Below are positions 58,101 to 64,000 of a stretch of DNA of 64,000 nucleotides, piece by piece. Within the stretch, counting starts at the first letter, position 1. The number at the start of each line of letters is the position of its first letter. Below the pieces are notes generated by a model that was not told where the DNA came from, did not search any database, and worked only from the letters and a program-made list of their open reading frames with translations. Both the position numbers and the translations under genes were made by a program. This stretch comes from Eledone cirrhosa. Its lineage: Eukaryota. The stretch covers positions 341,124,001-341,188,000 of the forward strand of contig OZ024740.1 of assembly GCA_964016885.1 (NCBI GenBank), given 5' to 3'.

Positions 58101-60360
58101 AATACACATATATTGATATTAATTGCTGTTTGTTTATTAGAATTATTTCAATGGCAGGACTAGAAAGAAAATGAAGCACTGTCTAATTTTTCTCAGTATT
58201 CTAAATCCATTAGCTCTCTGCTTTCTCTTGTCTGCAGAAGCGAAATCGAAACCGATGTCGGTCTAAAGACCCTTTAGATTCAAAAGGTCGAGATTCAGAA
58301 CTGAAGAAGATGCCAAAAGTTAATCCAGTCATTATTTATGATGTGTTACCCCTACAGATGCTTAACAAACAACTAGCTGAGAACTATATGTAAGTATTTA
58401 TTCTTTGCTCTCAGTTTTACTTTGTCATCAGCTGCTATCTGTGAAAAAAAGCTTTAGTCACTATTGAAAAGAATTACAAGTAAATCATTCTATCAATCAT
58501 CATCATTTTATATCCACTTCCAGTTGCCTAAGTTATCACAGTCTAAGTCTACTTATTCTGAGTTACTGACGTCCAAAATAGGTTGAAGGACCACATAATG
58601 GCCTCCTTAATGCCAACCACTTTACAGAGTGTACTGGATGTATTTTATCATGGCACTAACACTAGTGTGGTTTTTATGTTCCCAACAAGACTTAATGGTT
58701 CTCTTAAACCTACACTGTCTGTTTGATTGTTAACCACTTTATAGAGTGTACTTTGAGCATTTTATAATGACACCAGCACTTGAAAGGTTGTTATGTCCTC
58801 AGCAGGACTAAATGATCTTCTCAGCCCTATATAAGTTATTTCTGTAATTTCTTATGCTTTTTTTTTTATTTAATATTCAAATTTGTTACCAAGACAGTTG
58901 TTGTGATGCTTTCTAATTTAAATTGCTAACTGCTTCACAAATGGTGACTGATTTGTCATTGTTTTCTCAGAATCCAGTTGAACGATATTCCTAAGATGTG
59001 CAGCCACAATGGTAATGCTGCGCTTGCAGTTGGAAGAAAAGATTTAGTGCAGGTAACTTAATGTCTGATACTATTGTTGTTATTGTTCCTAACAATCAAT
59101 TACTTTTATTTTCATTTCATATAAATGTATACTTAATTCGTTTTGATTATTGAACTGTATTTGATCTAGAATTTGCTGTATATTTATTGATTACATCACT
59201 CATGTATTCTCTCCACTGACTGACATAAACAGCCTACATCTACTTCATTCAAGTATATAACATCCTCTTTTCACCACACTGTCAGATACAGGGTGGCGCA
59301 TGAAAAGTAGCCCAGATTTCATAGCATTGTCTTGACTTCCTTGGACTTCGAGTAATCTTTTGGCGAATGTCCTGAATAGTGCGCCATTTCTTAACCGACA
59401 TTTGTATTTTTCTCTTTGCCAATAAGTATTTACCCAGAAACTCGACTTCAAAAATTTCATGCGTTTACTTAACAACCTATTCTCACATACATTTCCACAA
59501 TCTCCACTCTCTCTGCTATTTAGTACATCATCTTGCAGAAAAAGCTAGATATGTTCACTGAATGCAATCTTACACTCAACTAATGTGGTGAGGATAACGT
59601 AGCAAACAGTCGACTTAGTGTCATCTTTGTTCAACAGTTACATGCAGTTGAAATAAAACGATGACACTTGCAAAAAATGAAAGGCTGGCTGCTTTTTCGT
59701 GTGTGTAAAATGTATTTCTGTATTTATTACTATGCTACAGAACCTGGGATACTTTTTCGTGTGCCACCGTCAATAACACACTCTATCTTCTCCGACTGAC
59801 ATAACAATCTGTATTTACCACATTCCTATATCTACCTCACTGACTGATATAACATACTGTCTTGGAATGTTACTTGAAAATCTTTTTGCTGTGTCAATGC
59901 ATAACAACTACTCTAATGTTGGTGCCATGATGAAATGCATTCAATACACTCTGTAGAGTATGAGAATTTATGTAAGGAATATATGGGCCCCCAGCCCATC
60001 TGAGAGGTCAGGAGCTCCAACTTGTCTAACCTTTAACAAAGTAAATGAACTTTAAATGAAGATGATGATATCTCCTGCTCTGATTGACATAACACCCTGT
60101 ATCGATCTCATTTCTTTATCCTCTTGCACTAACTGACATAACACCCTCTACCTACCCCACTGACTGACATAACATTCTTCTACCACTTGACTTACGATAC
60201 ACTGCACTATCTATTACAATTCATTTATCTCATGTATTCACTTCCAGATGTGGTCATTGCTGGCCTTGGTTGCTGGAGGTGGTCAAGATATAAGTAAAGA
60301 TCCTTTTGAGGGCTCCCCTTGGGCTCAACATACTTTTGGAAGAAAACTAATAAAATCTTT
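6145..60360 (+). CDS. WDR59: GATOR2 complex protein WDR59 (WD40 repeats + RWD domain), 20 coding exons in window, 3' part beyond the window
   Basis: join(6145-6198,9228-9277,9372-9504,11084-11175,12770-12850,15261-15298,17407-17495,22909-23025,24218-24295,27154-27310,30927-31006,43134-43334,44537-44701,45799-45894,46761-46911,56299-56362,56789-56927,58238-58389,58971-59052,60248-60360). All introns are GT-AG with compatible phases. The spliced peptide is collinear with WDR59 as recalled (MAIRWS, VQWNPH, SDLDWS, GDVRIWD, PVWKARYTPF, YQLVTWSKDQ, PQTLLQEFSL, YPNNAAP, CLEPCLRQL, PFPRTSGARFC, VGRKDLVQ, PWAQHTFGR). Confidence 0.93.
6628..6702. repeat. (CA)n(TA)n microsatellite inside an old SINE-like repeat (about 6530-6765)
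   Basis: Direct reading; the flanks resemble 31262-31440. Confidence 0.8.
7513..7684. mobile_element. piggyBac-like MITE (degenerate copy)
   Basis: TTAA|tcctttagcattt...aaatgttaaagag; homologous to 43537-43743. Confidence 0.7.
8045..8530 (+). mobile_element. CR1-clade LINE 3' fragment
   Basis: Encodes LGLDTLKLRRL...TRGHAYKIRK...HFFMLRVGEVWNKL..SVVN....SFK, typical of the CR1 ORF2 end, followed by a 3' UTR shared with three other copies. Confidence 0.82.
8825..9127. mobile_element. hAT(Charlie)-like MITE, degenerate
   Basis: Termini cagttcccaaacc ... ggttgggaacctctg. Confidence 0.55.
9228..9277 (+). CDS. WDR59: WDR59 exon 2 (ASTMAVDCLGHWVLLGG)
   Basis: tttacag| ... GG|gtaaga; phase 0 to 2. 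Confidence 0.9.
9372..9504 (+). CDS. WDR59: WDR59 exon 3 (KRALTLMS...VQWNPHAVAAEKFAVA)
   Basis: tttcag| ... GCC|gtaagt; phase 2 to 0. Confidence 0.92.
10013..10325 (+). mobile_element. tRNA-derived SINE (SINE-2 head, long-body variant)
   Basis: B-box gagttcaaat; head and body also present at about 14090-14370 and 32440-32720. Confidence 0.65.
10757..11050. mobile_element. TTAA-flanked MITE (second piggyBac-like family) with internal RTE-tail fragment
   Basis: ttaa|cctttttgatatc...ctggttctatg...agaaatattgtaattaaagtg|ttaa; related to 31843-31976. Confidence 0.5.
11084..11175 (+). CDS. WDR59: WDR59 exon 4 (CGQKLDVYHWQDG...KAHSRVVS)
   Basis: tattag| ... AG|gtaagc; phase 0 to 2. Confidence 0.88.
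12770..12850 (+). CDS. WDR59: WDR59 exon 5 (DLDWSPFDVNILASCSVDSYTFLWDI)
   Basis: ctctag| ... AG|gtaaat; WD40 repeat. Confidence 0.92.
13170..13440 (-). mobile_element. Ancient non-LTR retrotransposon C-terminal fragment
   Basis: Minus strand encodes DSPLSSCGDSPETLWHHLFQCRNYQSER, a decayed CCHC knuckle (C.CG...ET..H.L..C..Y...R) of APE-type LINEs. Confidence 0.55.
13540..13800 (-). mobile_element. tRNA-derived SINE (SINE-1 head/core, body a)
   Basis: Homologous to 30230-30530. Confidence 0.7.
15261..15298 (+). CDS. WDR59: WDR59 exon 6 (EPKKPTGSFQTV)
   Basis: tttcag| ... G|gtgagt; 38 nt, phase 2 to 1. Confidence 0.85.
15339..15555. mobile_element. hAT(Charlie)-like MITE
   Basis: TIR-like gagtttcccaacc ... 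ggttgggaaccactg, with atatag-like target duplication on both sides. Confidence 0.7.
15722..16196. mobile_element. piggyBac-like MITE with nested SINE-2 (15741-15918) and a second TTAA MITE (about 16075-16181)
   Basis: TTAA|ccctttagcattt ... aaatgctaaagag|TTAA, itself interrupting a SINE at ccc[ttaa]catagttct. Confidence 0.7.
16308..16936 (-). mobile_element. 5'-truncated RTE-A LINE
   Basis: (CAT)n tail, 3' UTR and RT C-terminus nearly identical to 528-1165. Confidence 0.9.
17407..17495 (+). CDS. WDR59: WDR59 exon 7 (GASQVQWNKVTNNTFATTHEGDVRIWDPR)
   Basis: cataag| ... AGG|gtaggt; phase 1 to 0. Confidence 0.9.
17518..17805 (-). mobile_element. RTE-B LINE 3' fragment
   Basis: RLRWYGHVMHME..WVKKCQ..GRPQKTW; the ORF ends directly at the (ATG)n tail. 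Confidence 0.85.
19324..19469. repeat. Long imperfect palindrome (fold-back MITE-like), about 67-bp arms
   Basis: gactatgaaaaatagtct...tgtacagcac / gtgctgtaca...agactatttttcatagtc. Confidence 0.85.
20197..20284. repeat. (TA)n(TG)n(TA)n microsatellite
   Basis: Direct reading. Confidence 0.95.
20347..22754 (+). mobile_element. RTE-B LINE, 5'-truncated within the endonuclease, disabled
   Basis: EN end (PQHRLV), RT motifs QFGFVPG, FVDLEKAFD, GVHQGSVLSPLLF, YADD, FRYLG; frameshift near 21100, stop at 21584-21586, (ATG)n tail; (TA)n on both sides. Confidence 0.93.
22909..23025 (+). CDS. WDR59: WDR59 exon 8 (KGNTAVQYIAAHPSKIYGLDWSP...CSQDCTVK)
   Basis: tgacag| ... AAG|gtaagt; 117 nt. Confidence 0.93.
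23058..23256 (-). mobile_element. tRNA-derived SINE (SINE-1 head/core, body b)
   Basis: Homologous to 42045-42265 and 56428-56625. Confidence 0.7.
23800..24199 (-). mobile_element. CR1 LINE 3' fragment
   Basis: HDFRGHFFMLRVAEV..KLPASVVSC.DTASFK on the minus strand; reverse complement of 8150-8530. Confidence 0.82.
24218..24295 (+). CDS. WDR59: WDR59 exon 9 (FWDVTNSKRQEEVLISGSPVWKARYT)
   Basis: ttgtag| ... ACT|gtaagt; 78 nt. Confidence 0.92.
24480..24820 (+). mobile_element. Diverged RTE-like LINE 3' fragment
   Basis: GSRGPRRAKRNWMEDV..D......DRNIW resembles the RTE ORF end; gatgatgatg tail. Confidence 0.5.
25380..25790 (+). mobile_element. Two tandem RTE 3' UTR / SINE-tail fragments
   Basis: Each contains gttaggaagg.catccagcc.tagaaa and ends aacccatgctagc..ggacgttaaacg(atg)n. 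Confidence 0.75.
25985..26620 (+). mobile_element. 5'-truncated RTE-C LINE
   Basis: Nearly identical to the 3' ends of 33690-36337 and 51626-54394; (ATG)n tail; flanked by (TA)n. Confidence 0.92.
26658..26998 (-). mobile_element. Composite tRNA-derived SINE (SINE-1 head/core + hairpin + RTE-shared 3' module)
   Basis: Minus strand: A-box tggcttagtgg, B-box gagttcaattc, core ccttgagcaagacactttatttcac, then sequence matching the RTE-C 3' UTR, and a terminus matching RTE-B. Confidence 0.78.
27154..27310 (+). CDS. WDR59: WDR59 exon 10 (PFQIGLVTLVLPQL...HTFVGHADVVLDFHWRNKAK)
   Basis: ttacag| ... G|gtaatc; phase 0 to 1. Confidence 0.92.
27923..28795 (-). mobile_element. 5'-truncated RTE-B LINE
   Basis: Reverse complement closely matches 21890-22740. 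Confidence 0.9.
28828..29151 (-). mobile_element. Older RTE-B-like 3' fragment
   Basis: WMCNVSVRERQS...RRLHWYGHVMRM, (ATG)n tail. Confidence 0.8.
30230..30530 (-). mobile_element. tRNA-derived SINE (SINE-1 head/core, body a)
   Basis: Pol III-like head, core ccttgagcaaggcactttatttc, body shared with 13540-13800 and 15635-15717. Confidence 0.75.
30927..31006 (+). CDS. WDR59: WDR59 exon 11 (GSSDYQLVTWSKDQSLRIWKIDSNLQK)
   Basis: ttccag| ... AAA|gtaagc; phase 1 to 0. Confidence 0.92.
32176..32193 (+). CDS. Candidate alternative 18-nt microexon of WDR59 (RFRTNK)
   Basis: T-rich tract + ttaacag|AGATTTCGAACTAACAAG|gtaagta; symmetric phase 0 inside a phase-0 intron, no stop. No transcript evidence. 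Confidence 0.45.
33205..33688 (+). mobile_element. Old degenerate RTE fragment (continues at about 37035-37210)
   Basis: VVDSFCYL...ARIRTGWKKFREL...RRLERNEANMLHWMCNV. Confidence 0.8.
33690..36337 (+). mobile_element. RTE-C LINE, 5'-truncated, disabled
   Basis: EN end, full RT motifs (QGSVLSPLLF, YADD), frameshifts and an internal deletion near 34485, stop at 35343-35345, 3' UTR and (ATG)n tail. Confidence 0.93.
36338..37027 (-). mobile_element. CR1 LINE 3' fragment interrupted by a SINE
   Basis: ORF 36692-36985: TRGHAHKVRK..RKHFFTLRVAEAWNKLPASVV. Confidence 0.85.
36428..36607 (-). mobile_element. SINE-2 with 12-bp target-site duplication
   Basis: acatagaataat at 36416-36427 and 36608-36619; B-box gagttcaaatccc on the minus strand. 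Confidence 0.85.
37558..42010 (-). mobile_element. Near-full-length RTE-A LINE (5' UTR with tandem monomers, APE endonuclease + RT, frameshifted)
   Basis: EN motifs RVGTMNVGTL, CIQETRW, GVGI, AGDLNSH, SQVDYIL, SQHRL; RT motifs; several frameshifts; (CAT)n at 37558-37579; (TA)n at both ends. Confidence 0.93.
41275..42010 (-). repeat. Tandem repeat of about 388 bp (about 1.9 copies) at the LINE 5' end
   Basis: gttagcgaggagcagg...ttcttagaagctgg.tgacca at 41275-41633 and 41663-42010. Confidence 0.92.
42045..42265 (-). mobile_element. tRNA-derived SINE (SINE-1, body b), well-preserved copy
   Basis: Minus strand A-box tggctgagtgg, B-box gagttcgattcc, core ccttgagcaagacactttatttcac. Confidence 0.8.
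43134..43334 (+). CDS. WDR59: WDR59 exon 12 (LCRQDAANF...QPQTLLQEFSLVNKDIPRVVFEK)
   Basis: tactag| ... AAG|gtaaca; 201 nt. Confidence 0.9.
43537..43743. mobile_element. piggyBac-like MITE (207 bp)
   Basis: TTAA|ccctttagca ... tgctaaaggg|TTAA: CCC/GGG termini and TTAA target duplication. Confidence 0.85.
44282..44489. mobile_element. piggyBac-like MITE
   Basis: TTAA-flanked homolog of 43537-43743. Confidence 0.8.
44537..44701 (+). CDS. WDR59: WDR59 exon 13, RWD domain (MDADSRTCTVS...FPVNYPNNAAPTFQF)
   Basis: tctcag| ... CAG|gtgaga; contains the RWD-type YP..P motif. Confidence 0.93.
45799..45894 (+). CDS. WDR59: WDR59 exon 14 (ALEDTSQQHVKRNRSCLEPCLRQLTANLDKLT)
   Basis: ttttag| ... ACA|gtaagt. 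Confidence 0.92.
46761..46911 (+). CDS. WDR59: WDR59 exon 15 (DVEHQTPD...QDSSVPFPRTSGARFCSA)
   Basis: ttgtag| ... G|gtttgt; phase 0 to 1. Confidence 0.9.
46950..47786 (+). mobile_element. Head-to-tail array of four SINE-2 copies
   Basis: Units at about 46950-47135, 47151-47335, 47352-47565 and 47581-47770, each with a gagttca B-box and gataaaataaag; 18-bp duplication flanking the last unit. Confidence 0.85.
47849..51425 (-). mobile_element. Long RTE-A-related LINE, heavily disabled, internal deletion near 48690
   Basis: EN (RVGTMNVATL, VQETRW, AGDLNGH) and RT remnants, 3' UTR module and (CAT)n tail. Confidence 0.9.
51428..54515. repeat. 69-bp tandem repeat (about 4.6 units) split by an RTE-C insertion
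   Basis: Units start at 51428, 51497 and 51566, resume at 54395, then start at 54403 and 54472 (aattccgagagagaaaa...ctataaggtataacaatatctacagtacgt). Confidence 0.9.
51626..54394 (+). mobile_element. RTE-C LINE, 5'-truncated within the endonuclease, disabled
   Basis: ORF 51626-53035 (EN end + RT start), stop at 53033, frameshift near 53460, stop at 53836; closely matches 33690-36337. Confidence 0.93.
55198..55375. repeat. Long imperfect inverted repeat, about 70-bp arms
   Basis: atgtaataaac..tattccatttacccaagg...caacagag / ctctgttg...ccttgggtaaatggaata..gtttattacat. Confidence 0.85.
55499..55758. repeat. Compound (GGT)n/(AGT)n trinucleotide microsatellite
   Basis: Direct reading. Confidence 0.92.
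55921..56216 (+). mobile_element. RTE 3' UTR module without coding sequence
   Basis: Repeated aaaagcacccagc.cacactgtaaagtgg units, gttaggaagggcatcc and RTE tail. Confidence 0.78.
56299..56362 (+). CDS. WDR59: WDR59 exon 16 (GYLVCFGRQASSKKAYTDRTPK)
   Basis: ccccag| ... AA|gtcagt; phase 1 to 2. Confidence 0.87.
56428..56625 (+). mobile_element. tRNA-derived SINE (SINE-1, body b)
   Basis: tggattagtgg A-box, gagttcaattccc B-box, core ccttgagcaagacactttatttcac. Confidence 0.78.
56789..56927 (+). CDS. WDR59: WDR59 exon 17 (SLSVLAYL...SISNYYAYKEK)
   Basis: ttacag| ... AAG|gtaaag; phase 2 to 0. Confidence 0.88.
58238..58389 (+). CDS. WDR59: WDR59 exon 18 (KRNRNRCRSK...VIIYDVLPLQMLNKQLAENY)
   Basis: ctgcag| ... 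AT|gtaagt; phase 0 to 2. Confidence 0.87.
58971..59052 (+). CDS. WDR59: WDR59 exon 19 (IQLNDIPKMCSHNGNAALAVGRKDLVQ)
   Basis: tctcag| ... CAG|gtaact; phase 2 to 0. Confidence 0.92.
59289..59770. mobile_element. Tc1/mariner-like internally deleted element
   Basis: TA|cagggtggcgcatgaaaagtagccc ... gggatactttttcgtgtgccaccgt imperfect TIRs. Confidence 0.6.
60248..60360 (+). CDS. WDR59: WDR59 exon 20 (MWSLLALVA...SPWAQHTFGRKLIKS)
   Basis: ttccag| ... TT|gtaagt. Confidence 0.9.
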
Positions 60361-60496
60361 GTAAGTGTCTCCTCTCTTTCTCCCTCTCCCCTTCTCTCCC
60401 TTACTATTTGTCTATCAACTCTCCTCTTTATATGTATATTTTATTTTATTGTGATCAATGAACAACATTTTCATAGCCACAACAATATTTTTTAAC

Positions 60497-60690
60497 CAAT
60501 TCATCAAAGGTGCATGTATAGTACATAGAATAATGTACAAATGTCAGGAAAGTGAACAGTGTATGAGTCATAATATACACACAGACACATGCGTGCATGT
60601 GTATGGAGGGAAAATATCAGGTGTAATGTTGGCGTATTTCAGGAAACATGGAAATTTTGAAGGATGCAGTATCCTGACAAATAATATCTG
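60497..60690 (-). mobile_element. CR1 3' UTR fragment
   Basis: Matches 23848-24040. Confidence 0.8.
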
Positions 60691-60814
60691 TTCATGATAC
60701 AAATTTGCCATAGATTTATATTTGATTAGATCAATAAGTATTATATTTATTTGTACCGAAACTGCACCTTCTTTGTGTTTATAATATTTTGGTTTCAACT
60801 TTTGACCTATATCA

Positions 60815-61170
60815 GTGACCAAGGGGACAGCAAAAGGCCAGGTGACATCACAATCTGCCTGTTCCACGGGGATAAGCCCTTCATCTGAGATGCCACATAC
60901 TGTGACACCTGGTGCGTTCGGCTACCAGCCCAGGCTCTGCTGCCCACTAAGCCGAAGAGGGAAAACTGTCCAAGTATCGGCCATTCTCAAATATGTTTGA
61001 GGTAGAACCTGTAGCAGTGGAGACTTCCGGCGTTCTTGGCCCCCAGACCACATCCCTATTCACTGCTATTGGAGTGAAGTTGGCTGCCTGCAGGTGCAAG
61101 CCCTGCAAGGTGGAGTGGCTGTTCCAATGTGTCTCCATTCTGTCAGCCAGGACCCAGAAGCAGAGAGGAA
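60815..61170 (+). mobile_element. Fragment of a restriction-like-endonuclease (CRE-like) non-LTR retrotransposon
   Basis: Translates with breaks to GDSKRPGDITICLFHGDKPFI*DATYCDT ... EPVAVETSGVLGP.....GVKL.....EWLFQCVSI, matching the RPDG..WDAT..DT / P.AVET.G..GP / WL.QR.S pattern. Confidence 0.65.
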
Positions 61171-61222
61171 GTTAGTTGGAAGTGGAGAGTACTCATTTTA
61201 TACATATATATATACATATATT

Positions 61223-62390
61223 TAAAACGCCAAACCTGGAAGGACTGCACCAACCTATACTTGGACCAACTAGCTGAAACGATTACCAACATGAAGAAAT
61301 GCCCAGGATTATTTGTACTTGCAGATAAATCTGGAAACCTCTACACAATGGACCGTATCATCTTCAATGATGCAAGATGAACAAAAAATATAAGATGACT
61401 AACTCTGACAACCTTAATAGCATCAACTCGACTTCCAAGACCCTCATGACTGAACTTAACTTAGCCGACAGGACTGGGTTCTATAGACCTTAGACACCCA
61501 GTATATCAATTAAGGACCACAAGCCGGACTTTAGAACTAAGCTCCCTGTTAAACTCATAGCCTCGTCCAGGTCCAACCTCGGAATCGCCAGTAAAGCCAT
61601 AATTGACAGGAGTCTACCAGAGTTAAAGTGGAAGTTGAGACTTAACCTTTGGATGTCCACTAAGGAGGTAATCAACTAGTTTTCACTCCTTAACCGGAAA
61701 CATAATACCCAGTTCATCCAATTCAACATCTCCAAATACTACTCTTCCATATCCCCCAGTACTTATGAACAAGTCCCTAATCATGGCTATGAATAATTCT
61801 AGCCTAGAGGGGAAGTAAACCTAATCTTAGCAATTGGAAAAAGGCTCATACGGTTCAAGGACAAATTCTGCGAGCACAAAGACAGACCTAACAGGTTCAA
61901 TATAACCATAGGCTCTAGCGAATCTGCGCAGGTCACCAGCTGAGTGAGAGTTTACCTCCTACATAAACTGTAAAAGGAAATTCCTGGTATTAGGAGCAAA
62001 TTATAAAGAGACGATGCCCTCTTTACTTTCCATAGACTAAACGACAGCCAACTAGATGGGATGAGGAAGAGATTAAGATATTTTTTTTAAACAATGCAAA
62101 CTAACTTTAGAATTTGACCTCAATACCAGGACAATCAACTTCCTCGACGTGACACTGGACACCTGACTATACCGGCCTTTCCACAAGCCAAACGAGTGCC
62201 TTTAGTACATCAATAGAAAATCGAACCACCCTCGTGCCACCATTAACTCCATTGTAAATAGCTTCTCAAACCGAGTTTCCATGCTATCTGCCAATGCAGA
62301 AATATTCCACCAGCACATTGAATACTGTAACACCACACTCGCCAGGGCTAGCTACTCAGAGAAGATACAATACGTGGCAGATACAGATCC
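61223..62390 (+). mobile_element. Penelope-like element, decayed reverse transcriptase
   Basis: Remnant motifs ADKSGNLY, IKDHKPDF, SNLGIASK, FIQFNI, FNITIGS, RDDAL, INFLDVTL, YRPFHKPN, INRKSNHP, with many stops and frameshifts. Confidence 0.8.
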
Positions 62391-63584
62391 AGCAAAACAC
62401 GAAAAACACCCTTCGCCCACTGGCACACTATTATCTAACTCGAAGAGTCCTAAATGGGAACGGGCACACATCCGACCACCAGCCACATGGCTTGTGCTAA
62501 CATAGCCCTGACGTGGTGGATAAGACAAGCAGTGCTACTATATACTCTCTGGTAAACTGCAACCCTAATACCAAACTTACCCAGACCCGACTGACAACAT
62601 ACACAACTCTTGGGAGACCGCAGTGATACTAAACACATTGGGAACCATTGTGATCGCAACCCACAGAAACAGGTTTAAAGACGCACCAGAATAGTTGATT
62701 CCAGTAGAGCGGAAACAAACCGCAACCCCAACACATCTCACATGGAGAGCCATATCAATTTTCAGTTACAAACTGATTAAAATCTGTCAACACTAGTTTT
62801 TCACACATCTGCTCTCTCTCTCTTTGAATTTCTTTCTCAACAACAACATTTCACTCCTCCACTTTTTTACCTATATATGTATATGAAAAGTTGTTTTATT
62901 CACAATGAAGTGTCATTGAACTTCCACTAGGTCCAAATATATATGTCTATATATGTTAGTTAGGTGTGTAACTATAGTTACAGGTGGTGTGCCATTCAAA
63001 GCACTCAATGCTGTTAAGAGGTCTGTCTCGTGTGGGTTGTATTCCAGAGTTAAGGCAGCTGTAGTGCACAGAGTGTAAATAGATTAAGTAGAATCGAAGT
63101 CAGTGTTGCAGCATATGTACAAACTTTATTGGCATATTACAATTGTTTTGATATCAATCAGCTCAGGGTACAATCAAAATGACAGGGCCTGACTATTCTT
63201 TGACATCTCGTCAGATATGAGAGTTCATATGTGCAAAGACATATCTAAACTGCTGACGAGGTCCTGGGATCTTTTATATACACTTATTAATGGGTTTTGG
63301 GAGTGTGGGTGGGGGAGGGAGTAGTTAAAAGAATAACAGTAGGTTTACATTTAAAGACCACAAAAAGGGTGAAGGATAAAAAATCTAAAAAATAAAGAAG
63401 GTAAAAAAAAGGTAAAAAAGGGTGGGGGTTAAAAGAGTAACAAAAATAATAAAGCAAGAAATGAAAATGGAAAATAAAAAAATAGAATATAAGGAAATGT
63501 ACGGGTAAAGGGCACAAGTTAAATAACAACAACAACAATGCAAATAATAACAATAATATCACTACCCATAAACCCACAAACGGC

Positions 63585-63925
63585 TCAAAACCCAGATCAT
63601 GCAACTGCCATTATAAGAATGAATGTCCCCTACAGAAAAAATCCCTGGCCAAGAACATATACAAATATGAGGTTGATACTCATAACTTCAGGTACACCTA
63701 CATTGGAGCCACATCCACAACATTCAAGGCCCAACTCTATAACCACACTAACTCCTTCAACGATAAGAACAAACGTTCTTGTACCAGGCTGGGGGATTTG
63801 ATCTGGTGACTCAAAGACACCCAAACCAGGTTCTGGATTCACTGGAGCATAATTAGACATGCCACACCTCACTTCCCAGGCCAAGGAAAGTGCCAACTCT
63901 ATTTAGCGGAAGCCATGGAAATTAA
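63585..63925 (+). mobile_element. Penelope-like element GIY-YIG endonuclease remnant
   Basis: Frame from 63600: CNCHYKNECPL...NIYKYEV....YTYIGATSTTFKAQLYNHTNSF...T.LGDLIW*LK.....IHWSII.....CQLYLAE. Confidence 0.8.
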
Positions 63926-64000
63926 AAAAGAATTCAATAAACTTCAAATCTGAAATTATATTCAGATACAGACTCTCTTCTCAGGTCCTCTGTGCACAAT

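Noticed and set aside
63807-63809. In-frame TGA in the PLE endonuclease as selenocysteine
   Set aside because: It falls at a variable position (W-x-LK), not a conserved Cys, and the element is broadly decayed.

Overview
This is AT-rich, repeat-dense eukaryotic (animal) genomic DNA. The SINE/RTE repeat repertoire suggests a coleoid cephalopod, probably an octopod; this is inference from recalled repeat families. Two conserved genes sit head-to-head about 457 bp apart (ATG to ATG). One is a single-exon DEAD-box helicase DDX1 (3492-5687, minus). The other is the GATOR2 subunit WDR59 (plus), for which 20 coding exons were reconstructed by hand from 6145 to 60360 with consistent GT-AG sites and phases; the gene continues past the window end. 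The introns are packed with decayed mobile elements. These include at least three RTE-clade LINE families (one near-full-length copy), CR1 3' ends, a Penelope-like element, a CRE-like endonuclease fragment, several tRNA-derived SINE families, piggyBac/hAT/Tc1-type MITEs, long hairpins and microsatellites. The most notable observations are a C4HC3 PHD-like finger embedded inside the RTE reverse transcriptase, a 3' module shared between a SINE and two LINE families (possible LINE capture of a SINE tail), a candidate 18-nt in-frame microexon in WDR59, tandem monomers at LINE 5' ends, an intronless DDX1 on a shared promoter, and inverted LINE pairs bracketing exons. RTE-A/B/C and SINE-1/2 are working labels, and repeat boundaries are approximate.
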